DNA of 64,000 nt from the NCBI RefSeq assembly GCF_009914755.1, contig NC_060940.1. One strand, written 5' to 3'. The first letter of the stretch is position 1. Each line of letters begins with the position of its first letter. A model generated the notes under the pieces. It did not search any database. It saw nothing but the letters and a program-made list of their open reading frames with translations, and was not told the DNA's origin. Shown piece after piece: positions 15,166 through 30,705 of this stretch. Origin of the DNA: the human T2T-CHM13v2.0 reference genome, Homo sapiens. A program made the position numbers and the translations under genes.

Positions 15166-15953
15166 CATGAGAAAAGAGAACCTTTTCTACCTCCCTCAAA
15201 TCCCTGCCCTCTCCCACCCCATTGGGGAGGATGGAGGAGAAGGTTTGGGATTATATGCAAGACAGTCTCAGAAAAAAAATAATACATAAAAGTTGTGTTT
15301 TTTTTGTTGTTGTTTTTTTTATCTTGGAACTCAAAATAACACTCTAAGTCAAATACAGCTCAGGTCATGGATTTGCTAGTATAAGTCACCTCTTTTAAAC
15401 CTTTTGGGAATCATTTTTCTGATTCAGCTTTTCTGTGCTGAATCATGTCATGAGTTACATTCAGGGGCGGAGATACAACATCACAGGACACACCCTGTGA
15501 CTTGATGCTATTAGGAACCTTGCAACCCAGAGAGCTTCTTGACAATGCAAGGGAGAGTTGCTTCTGGCGATGGTGAGCTCCCCTTCCCTATGGAGCCTGA
15601 CAACTCCAGAACTGGAAAATCTGGAGTTCCAAATTCTTTTCCAGAATTGGAAAATGCCAGACAACTCATTATCAGGCATTCTGCAGAGGGCTTGGGAAGA
15701 AGGAGCTGAACAAGATGACCATAAAGTTCTTTCTGGCCCTGAGAGCCGAAGAATGCAAGATCACCCATCTTTCCATTCATTCAACAAATACATACGTAGC
15801 ACCTCCTTCATTTCAGATGTGTACCCAGCACTGGAAATTCAGCGAACAAATCCCACTGAGATCCCACTTAAAGACCCTGTAAACCATCAGGGAAGGAAGG
15901 CATTGAGCAAGTTGAGTGGAGAGGAGGAGAGGAGAATATCAAGAAAAGATGGA

Positions 15954-16503
15954 GACATTGAACAAAAGGGGCTTGCTGTCTGATGCACTAGAAACCAACA
16001 CTTGCACTAGAAACCAACACTAAGACACCAGGTTTTGGAAAAAAAAAAAAAAAAAGCCTTTATATTGAAAGTCGACTCCCAAGCAGACAGGAATCAAGCT
16101 CAACTCTGTCTCCGCATGCTGGTTATAAGGTAGTATTTTTATCAGAGAAGGTTAAGGGGGTGGGTTCTGAGATCAGTAGGTGATTGGTGGAAGGAAAGGG
16201 GAGGTCTGGGAAGCACTCAGGCATGCGCAGTTATCTCTGCATGCTCTCTCATGGCTCACATATGCAAATTTGGGAGGAGTCAGTCTGAAAGGTGGTGGAA
16301 GTTCAGGCGGTGATGTTAGCAAGCCGGTACTGCAGACCCTAGTTGGTCGTTTTGGTTCTAATCAACTTTAGCTAGTTCTTTTATCTCATAAATGGAGGGA
16401 GTTTCTGTGTTTCAGCAAGTTGTTTTTTTTTTCTCATTTGCCATCCTGCAAATACAAGAATTTCTGTTCATCATTGGTTTCAACTCTTTGGGACACAGTT
16501 TCA
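15954..16503 (-). mobile_element. ERV1 (MER4-group, MER66/MER73-like) solo LTR
   Basis: Ends cacagtttca (TGA start on minus strand); ctttatattg poly(A)-signal-like motif on minus strand; ATGCAAAT at 16262; subfamily uncertain; no 4-bp TSD. Confidence 0.7.
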
Positions 16504-16580
16504 AGCATGTGCCCAGCATTGGAGATTCCATGATGAGCAAAACCTTTAAGATCCCATTGAAAGGCCTTGTAACCCATCAG

Positions 16581-16890
16581 GGAAGGAAAGAGGGAAGGGA
16601 GGGAAGGAGGGAAGAAAGGAAAGAAGGAAGGAAGGAAGGAAGGAAGGAAGGAAGGAAGGAAGGAAGGAAGGAAGGAAGGGAGGGAGGGAGGGAGGGAGGG
16701 AGGGAGGGAGGGAGGGAGGGAGGGGGGAGGGAGGGAGGGAGGGAGGGAGGAGGGAGGGAGGGAGGGAGGGGGGAGGGAGGGAGGGAGGGAAGGGAAGAAA
16801 GGAAGGAAGGGTGTTAAGAAGGAGTGAAGGAAGGAAGGAGGGAGGGACGGAAGGAGAGAAGGAGGGAAAGAAGGAAGAGAAGGAAGGATG
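16581..16890. repeat. GA-rich microsatellite: (GGAA)13 at 16626-16677 then (GGGA)n
   Basis: Directly visible. Confidence 0.95.
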
Positions 16891-17789
16891 GGTGTTCAGT
16901 GGAGAGGAAAATGATGAGGGCAGTCAGGGGGCTCTGCTTTCATCTCCTAGGGGCCTATTTTAGTCTAGGTGGAGTGAAAACAGTCCATGAGTGGGGATGT
17001 TTCAGCTGAGACAGGAATGAGGATATGAGTTAGCCAGACAATGGGAGTAGGGATTGTCCGAGGCGGGGAGGCAGAGGTAAATTGAGGAAAGGAGGAAAGT
17101 TCAAACAAGCTGAAATGCAGACAATGCAGAGGGCAGTTGTGGTCCTAGAATCTCATTACATCTTTATTTCCAGGATTCAAGGAATGGAAAATTCTATGAT
17201 CCTATAATTTCGAGCATCTATGATTCAACAGCTCTCTATTATTAAGATTCTCTGAATTTAATTTTCCCAGAGTTGATGAATACATCTTTCTAAGTCCCTG
17301 GCTTTCAGGTGCAATGAATCTGCATCTGCCTTAGATGATTCCTTTGCTAGTGTAGACAGGGTTAAAGAGAAATATTTGCAAAAAAAAAAAAAAAAAAGCC
17401 CATACACATTTACTCTGCAATCTGCCTCCCAATTAGACTCTGTTCTTCTCTGCTCTGGGAAAAGAGACAAAAGAAAATACAGACAGGGGCCCTGCTTATA
17501 CTAACGAGTGATCTCCATGGGCAGAGTTAATGCCAAGCCCCGTTCAGCCGCTAGGCCATCCCCAGTACAGGGTGAGCACACAGACTAATTTAGGTGGAAT
17601 AAAAACACATTTTTACATGGTGCCCTGACACCAAGACAGGCATTTCCTCCCCACAAAACAAGCCCAATTATCATGGCACGCTCTGTGGCCTCTGCTGTTC
17701 TGTGAAAAGAGTTGCAAATTCTTTTAACCCTTTATAACACAGAGAACAGGAACAAAGGGGAGCAGGAAGTTGATTCTGGACACGTGCAC

Positions 17790-17978
17790 CATGCAGCGTC
17801 ACACTGAGAGCTCAAGTGTTTGACCCCAGGAAAGTACTCAGCCATTTGGTGCCTCAGTGTCTCCCCCGGATACAGGGCTGTTGTGCCAATTATATAAGTT
17901 AATGCAGGTGAAACTCTAAGAACAGTAGCTGACATATAGCATATGCTCAATAAAACTTACCTATTAGCTGTTTTTATT
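17790..17978 (+). mobile_element. MIR
   Basis: gtgcctcagtgtctcc...agaacagtagctgacatatagcatatgctcaataaa. Confidence 0.65.
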
Positions 17979-18208
17979 AAATAGAAGCCAGAAAATACCA
18001 TGCAATATATGCCATATTAAGGGATGGGTTAAACCAAGATCTGGCTTGCTGATGTGTGGAGAATACACTGGGCAGGACAAGAAGTGTGAAAGGGCATGGG
18101 GTGCTGAGGAAATGGCAACTTGTTTACTACACAAGAACCTAAGGTCCCTGGTGCCTAGAGTAGAGCAAAGAACAGAAGGAGAGGAAAAATGGAAATGTGG
18201 GTTATGGA

Positions 18209-18885
<677 letters not shown>

Positions 18886-18929
18886 CGGAAGATCACTAAA
18901 CGTTTTGAGATCAAAATGATTCATTAATT

Positions 18930-19810
<881 letters not shown>

Positions 19811-19903
19811 TCTGTGTAGGTTTTTATTTGTGCTTTTGAAAGTAATGTGGATTTGTATGAACAAAAACAAAAAAGACCACAGCAGGGGTGGCAAATGTGG
19901 AAT

Positions 19904-20571
19904 TGTTGCTGGACCAAACTGAGGGTCGGGCTGCTCTTTCTTCCAGACCAATAATGAGATGCAGATGTACTGGGGAGGAAGAGAGTGTTTATTTCTGTAA
20001 TTGGTTACAGGGAGAAGGCCTGGAAAATATTGCCAGACCAACGCAAAATTACAAAGTTTTACGGAACTTATACACCCTCTAAGCCGTATGCCTCCGTGTA
20101 AGCGTGCATTCATGTAAAGACATAGTGATTAACTTCTAATCCATAACTAAGGTCTGAGTCCTGAAGACCTGCCTTTGGAGCCTCAGTAAATTTACTTAAT
20201 CCAAAGGGGTTCAGGTACTGGGGTGACTACCCTTATCTTGTCTCCTGCTAAATCATGAAGGAGTTTGGGGAGTTCCTTCAGATCCCCAATAAACTTGTTT
20301 GTGGAGGCCTGGGGAGTTTCTTCAGACCCCTAATAAAACTTGTTTAATCCTAAGTGGGTCCTGTTAAGAACTCCTTCATTATCTTGTCATGCTTTAAGGC
20401 CCAGGAAAGGCCTAGGCAAAACTCTTGGTGGGCTCTTGTTACGTTCCAGCCTTTGTATAAGGGTAATGGCTGTTTCAGCTTTTAACATTTAACTTAACCA
20501 CTCAGTCAGTGCTGAAACAGTTGTTATGAGGACCTGCCTGTTCAGCCGTTAGGGAGACCTGGCCTGCCACA
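19904..20571 (-). mobile_element. MER39-type ERV1 solo LTR
   Basis: Minus strand begins TGTGGCAGGCCAGGTCTC...CTGACTGAGTGGTTAAGTTAAAT and ends CAGCCCGACCCTCAGTTTGGTCCAGCAACA. Confidence 0.88.
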
Positions 20572-20729
20572 GTTTTATGTTGTTTGTTGTGGTTGTGTTA
20601 TTTTACCAGAAGGAAGATGGATGCTAGCAGACAAAAATATCATATGTTCACAGTATATATATTGTAGGTTTTTATTTGTGCTTTTGAAAATAATGTGAAT
20701 TTGTATACATATTTTAAAAAAGACTAGAG

Positions 20730-20882
20730 CAGGGATGGCAAATGTGTCATGACCTCGTCATCACTACACTTCTGATACTCACGGCAGGCCTGGCTCATTC
20801 ATTGCTAATCCACCACAGTTTTCTCTATTGATTCAGCACCTTGCTATCGGTCAGTTTCAGTAGGAACTATTTGCCACCTCTG
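20730..20882. mobile_element. hAT-Charlie MITE (MER117-like)
   Basis: Terminal inverted repeats cagggatggcaaat ... atttgccacctctg; imperfect 8-bp flanks gactagag/gacagagg. Confidence 0.6.
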
Positions 20883-21089
20883 GACAGAGGAAAGGGGTCT
20901 AATTTATTTCCTCTTTCTTGGGTGCCATACCTCTGATATATTTCAACCAGAAGGTGATAGCTGAAGAGAAGATGGGACTGAACATCTTTCTCATCACTTT
21001 GGGAAAGAAAAGGGAAGGAATGTGTCCAATGTTACAAGAGCTGGAGTATCCCAAATGTAAGCCGAGAGCACCTTTTCCTAGCAGCAATA

Positions 21090-21305
21090 GCCCGGGAATC
21101 AGAGCGCTCAGTGTCCAAATCCTGTCTTTCCTGCAGACTAACTCTGTGGCCTTTGGTCAATTACTTCGCCTCTGTAGAAATGTTTCTTCATCCGTAAAAT
21201 GGAAATAACAGCAAATCCCTTCAGGGTCATCGTGAAGACGGAAGAGATGATGCAGGCAAAGCTTTTGGCCAGACATATACTTAGTGCTTAAGAAGCAAAG
21301 GCTAC
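21090..21305 (+). mobile_element. MIR
   Basis: ctgtggcctttggtcaattactt...tttcttcatccgtaaaatggaaataac. Confidence 0.7.
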
Positions 21306-22209
21306 CTTTGAAGCCATCAATAATATGCCTTCCTGCAGTTTTCCACCTTCCAGGCTCTTACTGGTTTTTGTTTGTTTGTTTGTTGTTTCTTTAAATTCAG
21401 TTGAGGAAGTGAGAAAATTAAGATAACCAAGTGGTTTCATGACAACATTATGTAAATCCATCTCCCCGTGGATCCTTCCAGCTAAATAGAGAACAGAATT
21501 TGAATTTCCAAAAGTAAGTCAGTAAACTCTCTTATCATTGGGGAATGTGGAGCCTGGTTAATCAAATACAGAGAAATCAGAGTTAATCAAATAAGGAATT
21601 ACTGTGTTGCCCATGTTGGGATTCCCCTTACTAAAATAATTAGAATGCAGTAGAAACAGAACTAAACACAACTCAGGGGCTCCGCATTACCCAGAAGATC
21701 ACACAGCTCAGAACATGGCCCCGGACTATAGTTGTGGTCCCACTGGGGGCCCACGCAGCCTCCTCTCACGACTACGTTCCTGGGCCCCAGGCACACACCG
21801 GGCATTTCTGTGGTTTTCCACGCATTGTGCCACTCTCCGTCTTAGAGGGCTTTCATCACATCACAGGGCCTTTCCACGCCACTCTCTCTTCATCTATAAA
21901 CAGGCACAATGGTACTTCCTCACTGGCAGCTTGGGAGACTCATGAGGGGCCGTGTGTGTCCGTGTGCCTGGAGGAAGGCCTGCTGGGCTGTAGGTGCCAG
22001 AAAGCCTCAGCTAAGCCTGGATGTGAAGGTCTGAAAATCCCTGTTATCCAACAGCAATCCCAGAAGAGCGATGGCCTCAGGTTCAGGTAGGGCTTGGAGG
22101 GCCTTTGCAATCATAGAAGAAAACCACAGGAATTCTATTTCATTTAAGACCCTTCTCTGGACCTCCCTACTGACAATTCCAGGCTACTTAGGTTATAAAA
22201 GATAAACCC

Positions 22210-22817
<608 letters not shown>

Positions 22818-22944
22818 TCCTGGTCATTGTAACTTAGGAGACTTAATTATTCATAAGAAGTGAAGAAACTGATCTGTCTCAAGCATCTCATCAAGAAATA
22901 CCTTTGAATGTTTGAATGCAGGACTTCATAAAAGCAGCAGCAAA

Positions 22945-23120
22945 GATCATAATGACATCCATTGAGAACTCCTCATGTATTAGGCACTGTTCTAAGTATC
23001 TTTCATGTATTCACTCATTTAATCCTCCTCCCCTATTTTATAGAGAAGGAAATGGAAGCACAGAGAGGTTAAGCAACTTTCCTAAGGTCACACAGCTAGT
23101 AAGTGGCAGAGCTTAGGAAC
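22945..23120 (-). mobile_element. MIR
   Basis: gcacagagaggttaagcaactttcctaaggtcacacagctagtaagtggcagagc. Confidence 0.8.
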
Positions 23121-23149
23121 CTAATCCCTCTGTAGCAGATGATAAAATC

Positions 23150-23432
23150 CACTCTCACTCACATTCTGCAGAAGTGAGACATTTTGATGCTCTTCTTTTC
23201 CCAGTCAATAATGTGTCTTAAGCCAAATCTCAAACCTTTTTGTTCATAGTTCGTAAAATGCTATCAAATGCTCTACAAATCAGCACCTTCCTTTATCATA
23301 CGCAATGTGCTTTGATATTTTCCATAATATTCCATTTTATTTTGTATTATTTTAGAATGCTGGTTGCCATCTGCTAAATTGATTTTAAGGTGCACTAATC
23401 ACTCATGCTGCACAGTTTGAAAAACATCATGC
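23150..23432. mobile_element. hAT-Charlie relic (MER112/113-like)
   Basis: aatgctggtt...ctaaattgattt...cacagtttgaaaaaca terminal motif. Confidence 0.45.
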
Positions 23433-23673
23433 TAGAATCTAAGTTACTTAAAAAGGGTCAGACTCAGTCACCACTATAAGGCTAGTGCCCCGTGTGGTGC
23501 CTGGCTCATACAAGACCCTCTGGCCATGTTTATCCAATGGAATGTTTAAATATAAATGCCCAGAGCAGAGATCTCTGACTGATGGCCCAGAGTTGAAGTC
23601 TAACCCATAGAATTGTTTTATTTCATCTGCATAGAGCTTATATTTTTGTTGAAAGTTTGCTAACATTTCAAAA

Positions 23674-23940
23674 GCAGATTCAGGAGAATAAGTTCTGCTG
23701 ATTTATTGTACAACAAGGTGACTATAGTTAATAATAATGTATTGTATATTTCAAAGGAGCTAAAAGAGAGGATCTTAAATATTCTTACCACAAAGAATTG
23801 GTAAGTTTTGGAGGTGATGGGCATGATAGACTGATTTGATCATTCCACAATGTATACGTGGCTCAAAACATCACATCATACCCCATAAATACATACAGTC
23901 ATTATTTTTCAATAAAAGTAAAACAAAACTTTAAAAAAGA
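23674..23940 (+). mobile_element. L1MA (MA8/9-like) 3' end
   Basis: ggtgactatagttaataataatgtattgtatatttcaaa...taccccataaatacatac. Confidence 0.85.
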
Positions 23941-24559
23941 GACCAAAAATACAAAGTCAAATTAAAATTAGGAGATTTTAAAAAGTACCCAGATCTCCAG
24001 CTTCTGAAATAATCAGATTTGGCAAATCTGGGGGACTGCTGGGTGAAGAGGAGTTCTGGCTGTGTCTGTAAGCAGAGCTCCACACCCCCTTCCCCACTCT
24101 CTGTCCCCTCACTCGGCCTCTATTCCATCTGACTTTGGACTTCTACCCCACCTTATTTTACCCCAGCTAATGTTGTTCATTTGTCCCCTACCTGGGCCCT
24201 GTCAGCATCATGATTTGGGTCTGGCTGAGGACCTTAATATTAAAAATGAAATAGGAAAAATCTATAAGCAAACAATGACACTTAACCACTCTCCACCATC
24301 CTCCGTTCCCTGCTACGATTCCAACAGTGACCTTAAGGCATGATTGCTTGAATGCCTAGAGACGTTTAAATTTGGATTTCCTTTTGTTCCCTCTGCTCAT
24401 CTCACCAGACAGTTGTTTTAAGACATCCCTGCCAATGCCCCATATCTGTCTTGCCTAGAGCCTTTCCAGGAACCCAAATTCCCTTCTGGGAATCTTTAGG
24501 AGTTGGGTACCCACCGATATCTGGAGATTCTGTGTGCTGTGACTTGCCACGAAGATGGT

Positions 24560-24790
24560 GGCTTTAGACAGGATGGGCTGTTTGGGAGCACCGGCTCCGA
24601 AGCCAGACTACCACTCGCTAGGTGTGGGACACTGGAGCAAGTCTTTTAGCTTCTGTGTGTCCCTGTGTCCTCACCAGATAATGGAAATAATAGGAGCATA
24701 TATATCAATGCACGGTTTGGGAAAAATTAAATGCAATAATTCACGTAAACTGCTTTACCATGCTGCCCAATAAATATCAGTAGTTATGAG
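24560..24790 (+). mobile_element. MIR
   Basis: ggagcaagtc...tcctcaccagataatggaaataatagg...attaaatgcaataat. Confidence 0.6.
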
Positions 24791-24970
24791 ATGCCGCAAA
24801 CACAGGGGTATTTTGTCAGCCTGGCTGTGCATGGAAATGGTGGTGTGGGGTTCCCTGGGCACAGGAAGGTCTGTCAGAAACTGTCACCAGCTCATGTTGA
24901 GGCTGAAGGGGAAGGGCCTGGTGGTGTTTCAAGCTCATCCTTTGTGTTCATCATTCCCCAGGGCCCTCTG

Positions 24971-25045
24971 GTGACCATGGCAACGCAGCTTACAGGTTGC
25001 CAAGTTCAAAACAATGTTTCTAAGCAAGAAGTTTTGCTGACATCA
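24971..25045. promoter_or_regulatory. Candidate RFX X-box cluster
   Basis: GTGACCATGGCAAC (24971-24984), GTTGCC, GTTTCTAAGCAAG (25016-25028), TGACATCA; motif match only. Confidence 0.35.
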
Positions 25046-25312
25046 CCCGTCTTGATGAGAAGGGAATGGAGACTCGTGGGTCCACACTGCTGTCAGGGCC
25101 AACCTGAAGAGAGGAGAGCCTCTGTTAGGCCTCTTTTTACCTGTCTACCTAAGTAATGATGTCAGGGCAAAAACAAAACAAAAACAAACAACAAACCCCA
25201 GGCCATTATTATGAAACAGCTGGCATGACCATCTTGGGCCCCACTTACACCACTGCTTACAGTGTAGTAAACTGAACCTAAGCTTTGGGGTCTGATGAAC
25301 TAAGAGCCAATC

Positions 25313-25603
<291 letters not shown>

Positions 25604-25814
25604 CAACATTTCTTGAAGATGAAAGAATAATTATCACAGAGCTAGTTACTTGCTCCTCACTCACTCACTCACCCTGAGTAGCTTTCCTGTGTTTAGTTTG
25701 CTTATCTGTGTCTTCTATATCTTTTCACGACAAACTTGTATGCCTTGTCCAATAAAACACCTCAAAATACAATCTGAATGTTAACACTAACATAACATCA
25801 ATATTAACACCCAT

Positions 25815-26345
25815 TTACTAAGGCTCAGGTCAAATTCTACTTCCGTCACAGGCTTTCTTGGATATATCTGGCTCACACAGAATTTCCTTTTCCTTTTATT
25901 CTCTCTCCAGTGCCTGCATGGTCCTTTGTACATCACTGAAGACATTTACTGTGTCCTAATCTATGGGTCAGTTTGTACCTACTCCCTTGTTACGCAGACA
26001 TCCCTAGGGGGTAAAGGCGACCTTGTTTAGTCTCTGGGGGCACCAGCAAATGAATGGGTGGGAGAATGAATGGACGGTTGATGATGAATGAATGATCGAA
26101 TAATGAGTGAGTGAATAAAGGAATGAATGGGTGACTGAGTAAACGAATAAGTGGATAAATGAATGGATAAGTGGGGGAATAAATGAGGGAGTGAATGAAT
26201 AGATGAATGAGTGAGTGACTGAATGGATGAATGAGTGAATGAATGATTGAGTGAATGAATGATGATTGAGTGAGTGAATGAGTGAGTGGTTGAATGAGTG
26301 AGTAAACGAATGGATGGATGACTGAGTGAATGAATGAATTCATTC
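25815..26345 (+). mobile_element. L2 3' end with expanded (TGAA/TGAG/TGGA)n tail at 26050-26340
   Basis: aggctcaggtcaaattctacttcc...ggcgaccttgtttagt then tetramer tract. Confidence 0.6.
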
Positions 26346-26792
26346 TTCACTCTTCAAAATTCTGGTGTGGTGCCTTCATTGTTGGAGTGCTTTCTGGACT
26401 CCTTTCCCCTTCTCTCAACCCTTTCACGCACCCCCAGCTGATTCTCTCATGAATGCCCTCTGCCCTCCTGCTTCACTCTCCTGCTGTCTGAGACAGAAGT
26501 CAAGTACCCCAGCAGGAGCACAGTGCACACAGCCCTGGCTCCAAACGTGTAGGCAGGGAAACAACGAACAATCCTCAGGAAGCAGGAAAAGCCTTTCCAG
26601 GGTGGGAACACCATTGCCACTCTTTGGTATAACACTCAGTGTGAATCCTGGAGGCAGAACAGGGCAAAATAAGGTGATGTGGATGCAGAGATACGTCAGT
26701 CTCTCTATTCACATTCCCCAAAGGCTACATTTATGACAGTTTCTTTAAATGCAATCTCATGATAGTATGTTGTTGTTAAAAACTCCCATCAT

Positions 26793-27398
26793 CTTTGCAG
26801 CGGTATTCACAATACCCAAGTTAATGGAATCAACCTAAGTGTCCACCAGTGGATGAACAGATAAACAAAATGTGGTATATATACACAATGGAATACTATT
26901 CAGCCTTGGAAAAGGAAGAAATTCCGTCATCTGCAACAACATGGATGGAATTGGAGAATATTATGCTAAGTGAAATAAGCCAAACATAGAAATACCAATA
27001 CTACATGTCCTTACTTATATGTGGAATCTAAACTAATTGAGCTCATAGAAGCAGAGAGTAGAAGGTTGGCTACCAGAGGCTGGGGTTGGGGATACTGGAG
27101 AAATGATAGCCAAAGGGTACAAAGACTCAGTTCAATAGGAAGAATAAGTTTGGCTTTTTAGATCAATAGCACACTGTGCTAAATATGGCTAATAACTGAG
27201 TCCTGTACATTTCAATATCACTAAGAAAGGAAATTTCTAATGTTCTCATTCCCAAAACATTAAAAATTGGGGTGATATATATGTTACTTAGCTTAATTTA
27301 ATCATTCCACATTATATTTAAACATAATAACACCACTCTATACCCCATAAATACGTACAACTATAATTTGTCAATATACAACAAAAATAAAAAATAAA
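26793..27398 (+). mobile_element. L1MA 3' end
   Basis: tggaatcaacctaagtgtcc...atacacaatggaatactattcagcc...taccccataaatacgtacaactataatttgtcaat. Confidence 0.9.
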
Positions 27399-27409
27399 TG
27401 TGTAAACTG

Positions 27410-27898
<489 letters not shown>

Positions 27899-28591
27899 TA
27901 TTATGGAAAGTGATATCAGAGCAAGGCTTTGCTACACAAAGAAAGGCTGTTACAAGGTGGTTGAGATTATTGTCAGGGCCTTATTTCCCACCAACCTAGA
28001 GGACAGCACCCTCTACCCAGCGTAAGGCAAAGGAGTTTCCCCTCATCTCCTTACGGGGACCCAAATCCTCCATCACAACCATCCTTTGTAGCTCCACCCT
28101 CTATGGCTTGAAGAAATCATGCTCATAAGTGACTGGCTGGATTCCCTATTATTCGCGAGTTCCAACACAGCAAAACTGAGCGCTGTTCATCTTTCTGTTT
28201 GCAGTACGTAGTATCAGTCCTAAAATGTTAGAGGACCATAACATGGAATAAAATAGAAAGATTCATTGTCAGTGCTGTCCACCAAATTATGCTGGGCCTC
28301 CAGCCTTCCAGGGTTATCGTATAACTATATTCCCTACCCCCTTTTAAGGAAATGTGACCAAGTGACTTGCATGGGCAAATAAAATATGCACAGTCACTTC
28401 CAAGAGGAAACCTTCTAAAACAACCTCTGTGGAATTTACCAAGTTCTGTTTCACTTACTAAAACGATTGTGGAAGCACTTGTCAAACTGAAGCCCTATCA
28501 ACCTTCGATAGTTGAGTTTTTTCAACAAGAAGACCTCCCCCGACCCTCCTCCTCATGTTGAGTTTGTGGCATGAATAAGAAATAAACTTGC

Positions 28592-29018
<427 letters not shown>

Positions 29019-29199
29019 TTACTGCAAAGTAATACAACCTATCCTGATTCAAGAATGCAGCAGAATGGAGTGGAGTGGATTAGAAAGCATTCATCACACA
29101 TAGTGAGGGTAAGTATTGCTATGGTAAACTTCTGTTTCAATTGTGGGTGTGTGTGTGTGTGTATGTGTGCGCACATGCACCCCGGATTATAAAGTATAA

Positions 29200-29277
29200 T
29201 TTCTTTCTTTTCTTTTCTTTTCTTTTCTTTTCTTTTCTTTTCTTTTCTTTTCTGTTCTCTTTTCTTTTCTTTTCTTT

Positions 29278-29345
<68 letters not shown>

Positions 29346-29606
29346 TTCTTTCTTTCTTTCGTTTTGAGACTGAGTCTCACTCTATTGCCCAGGCTGGAGT
29401 ACAGTGGCACGATCTGGCTCACTGCAACCTCCACCTCCTGGGTTCAAGCGATTCTCATGCCTCAGCCTCCCTAGTAGCTGGGATTATAGACTCCGCCACC
29501 AAAGCCAGCTAATTTTTGTATTTTTTAGTAGAAAACGGGTTTCACCATGTTGGCCAGGTTGGTCTCGAACTCCTGACCTCAAGTGATCCACCCGCCTCGG
29601 CCTCCC
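29200..29606 (-). mobile_element. 5'-truncated AluS with (TTTTC)n/(TTTC)n tail at 29200-29360
   Basis: Reverse Alu ending at ctcggcctccca. Confidence 0.9.
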
Positions 29607-29649
29607 AAAAAAATATATTTTTTATGGTAGTTCTCAAACATTTTATCAT

Positions 29650-30030
29650 GACCCACAGTACGAATTGTGCTGTATTTCATAACACAAGCATGCATACACA
29701 TGCTCATGGAACCTCACTTCAATCACATTCTTATTCCAACCACACTGATCTCTGGTTGGTTCCTTTTCCCCCAGTTCCCTTGGGTGGCCGGATTTTTCCT
29801 TGCATTCAGGTCTTAGCTGAAATGCCACATTCCTTCCAGAGTGGCCTTTCTGAGTACTAAATCTAACTTAGAGTTTCTCAGACACTATCAATCCGTTCTA
29901 TTTGCAGTATTTATTGTAATCTGGTCTTTTCTCATTGGTTTGCATGTGGGCTTGTTTGTCCATCTCCTTGAACACCTCTCATGTTTCCCCCTCTGGCACT
30001 TAGTAAGGACTTATGATCAGAGAACCATGT
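29650..30030 (+). mobile_element. L2 relic
   Basis: ccaaccacactgatctc...attcaggtcttagctgaaatgccacattcc. Confidence 0.55.
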
Positions 30031-30069
30031 TGATATAAGAGGATTTACTCCTCTGGAAGGCACAGAGGA

Positions 30070-30705
<636 letters not shown>

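Larger units (their letters stand above)
15770..17140 (-). mobile_element. L2 3' end, partly duplicated and interrupted by an LTR and a GGAA/GGGA repeat
   Basis: cattcattcaacaaata tail at 15774; L2-like continuation gatgtttcagctgagac...gagttagccag at ~17000. Confidence 0.55.

Noticed and set aside
15558-15983. 141-aa ORF
   Set aside because: Non-ATG start, runs through L2 and LTR sequence, no recognisable domain.
16392-17009. EGRK/EGGR-repeat ORFs
   Set aside because: Translation of GGAA/GGGA microsatellite.
25990-26350. His/Ser/Ile-rich ORFs (also 63622-63936)
   Set aside because: Translation of TGAA/TGGA repeats.
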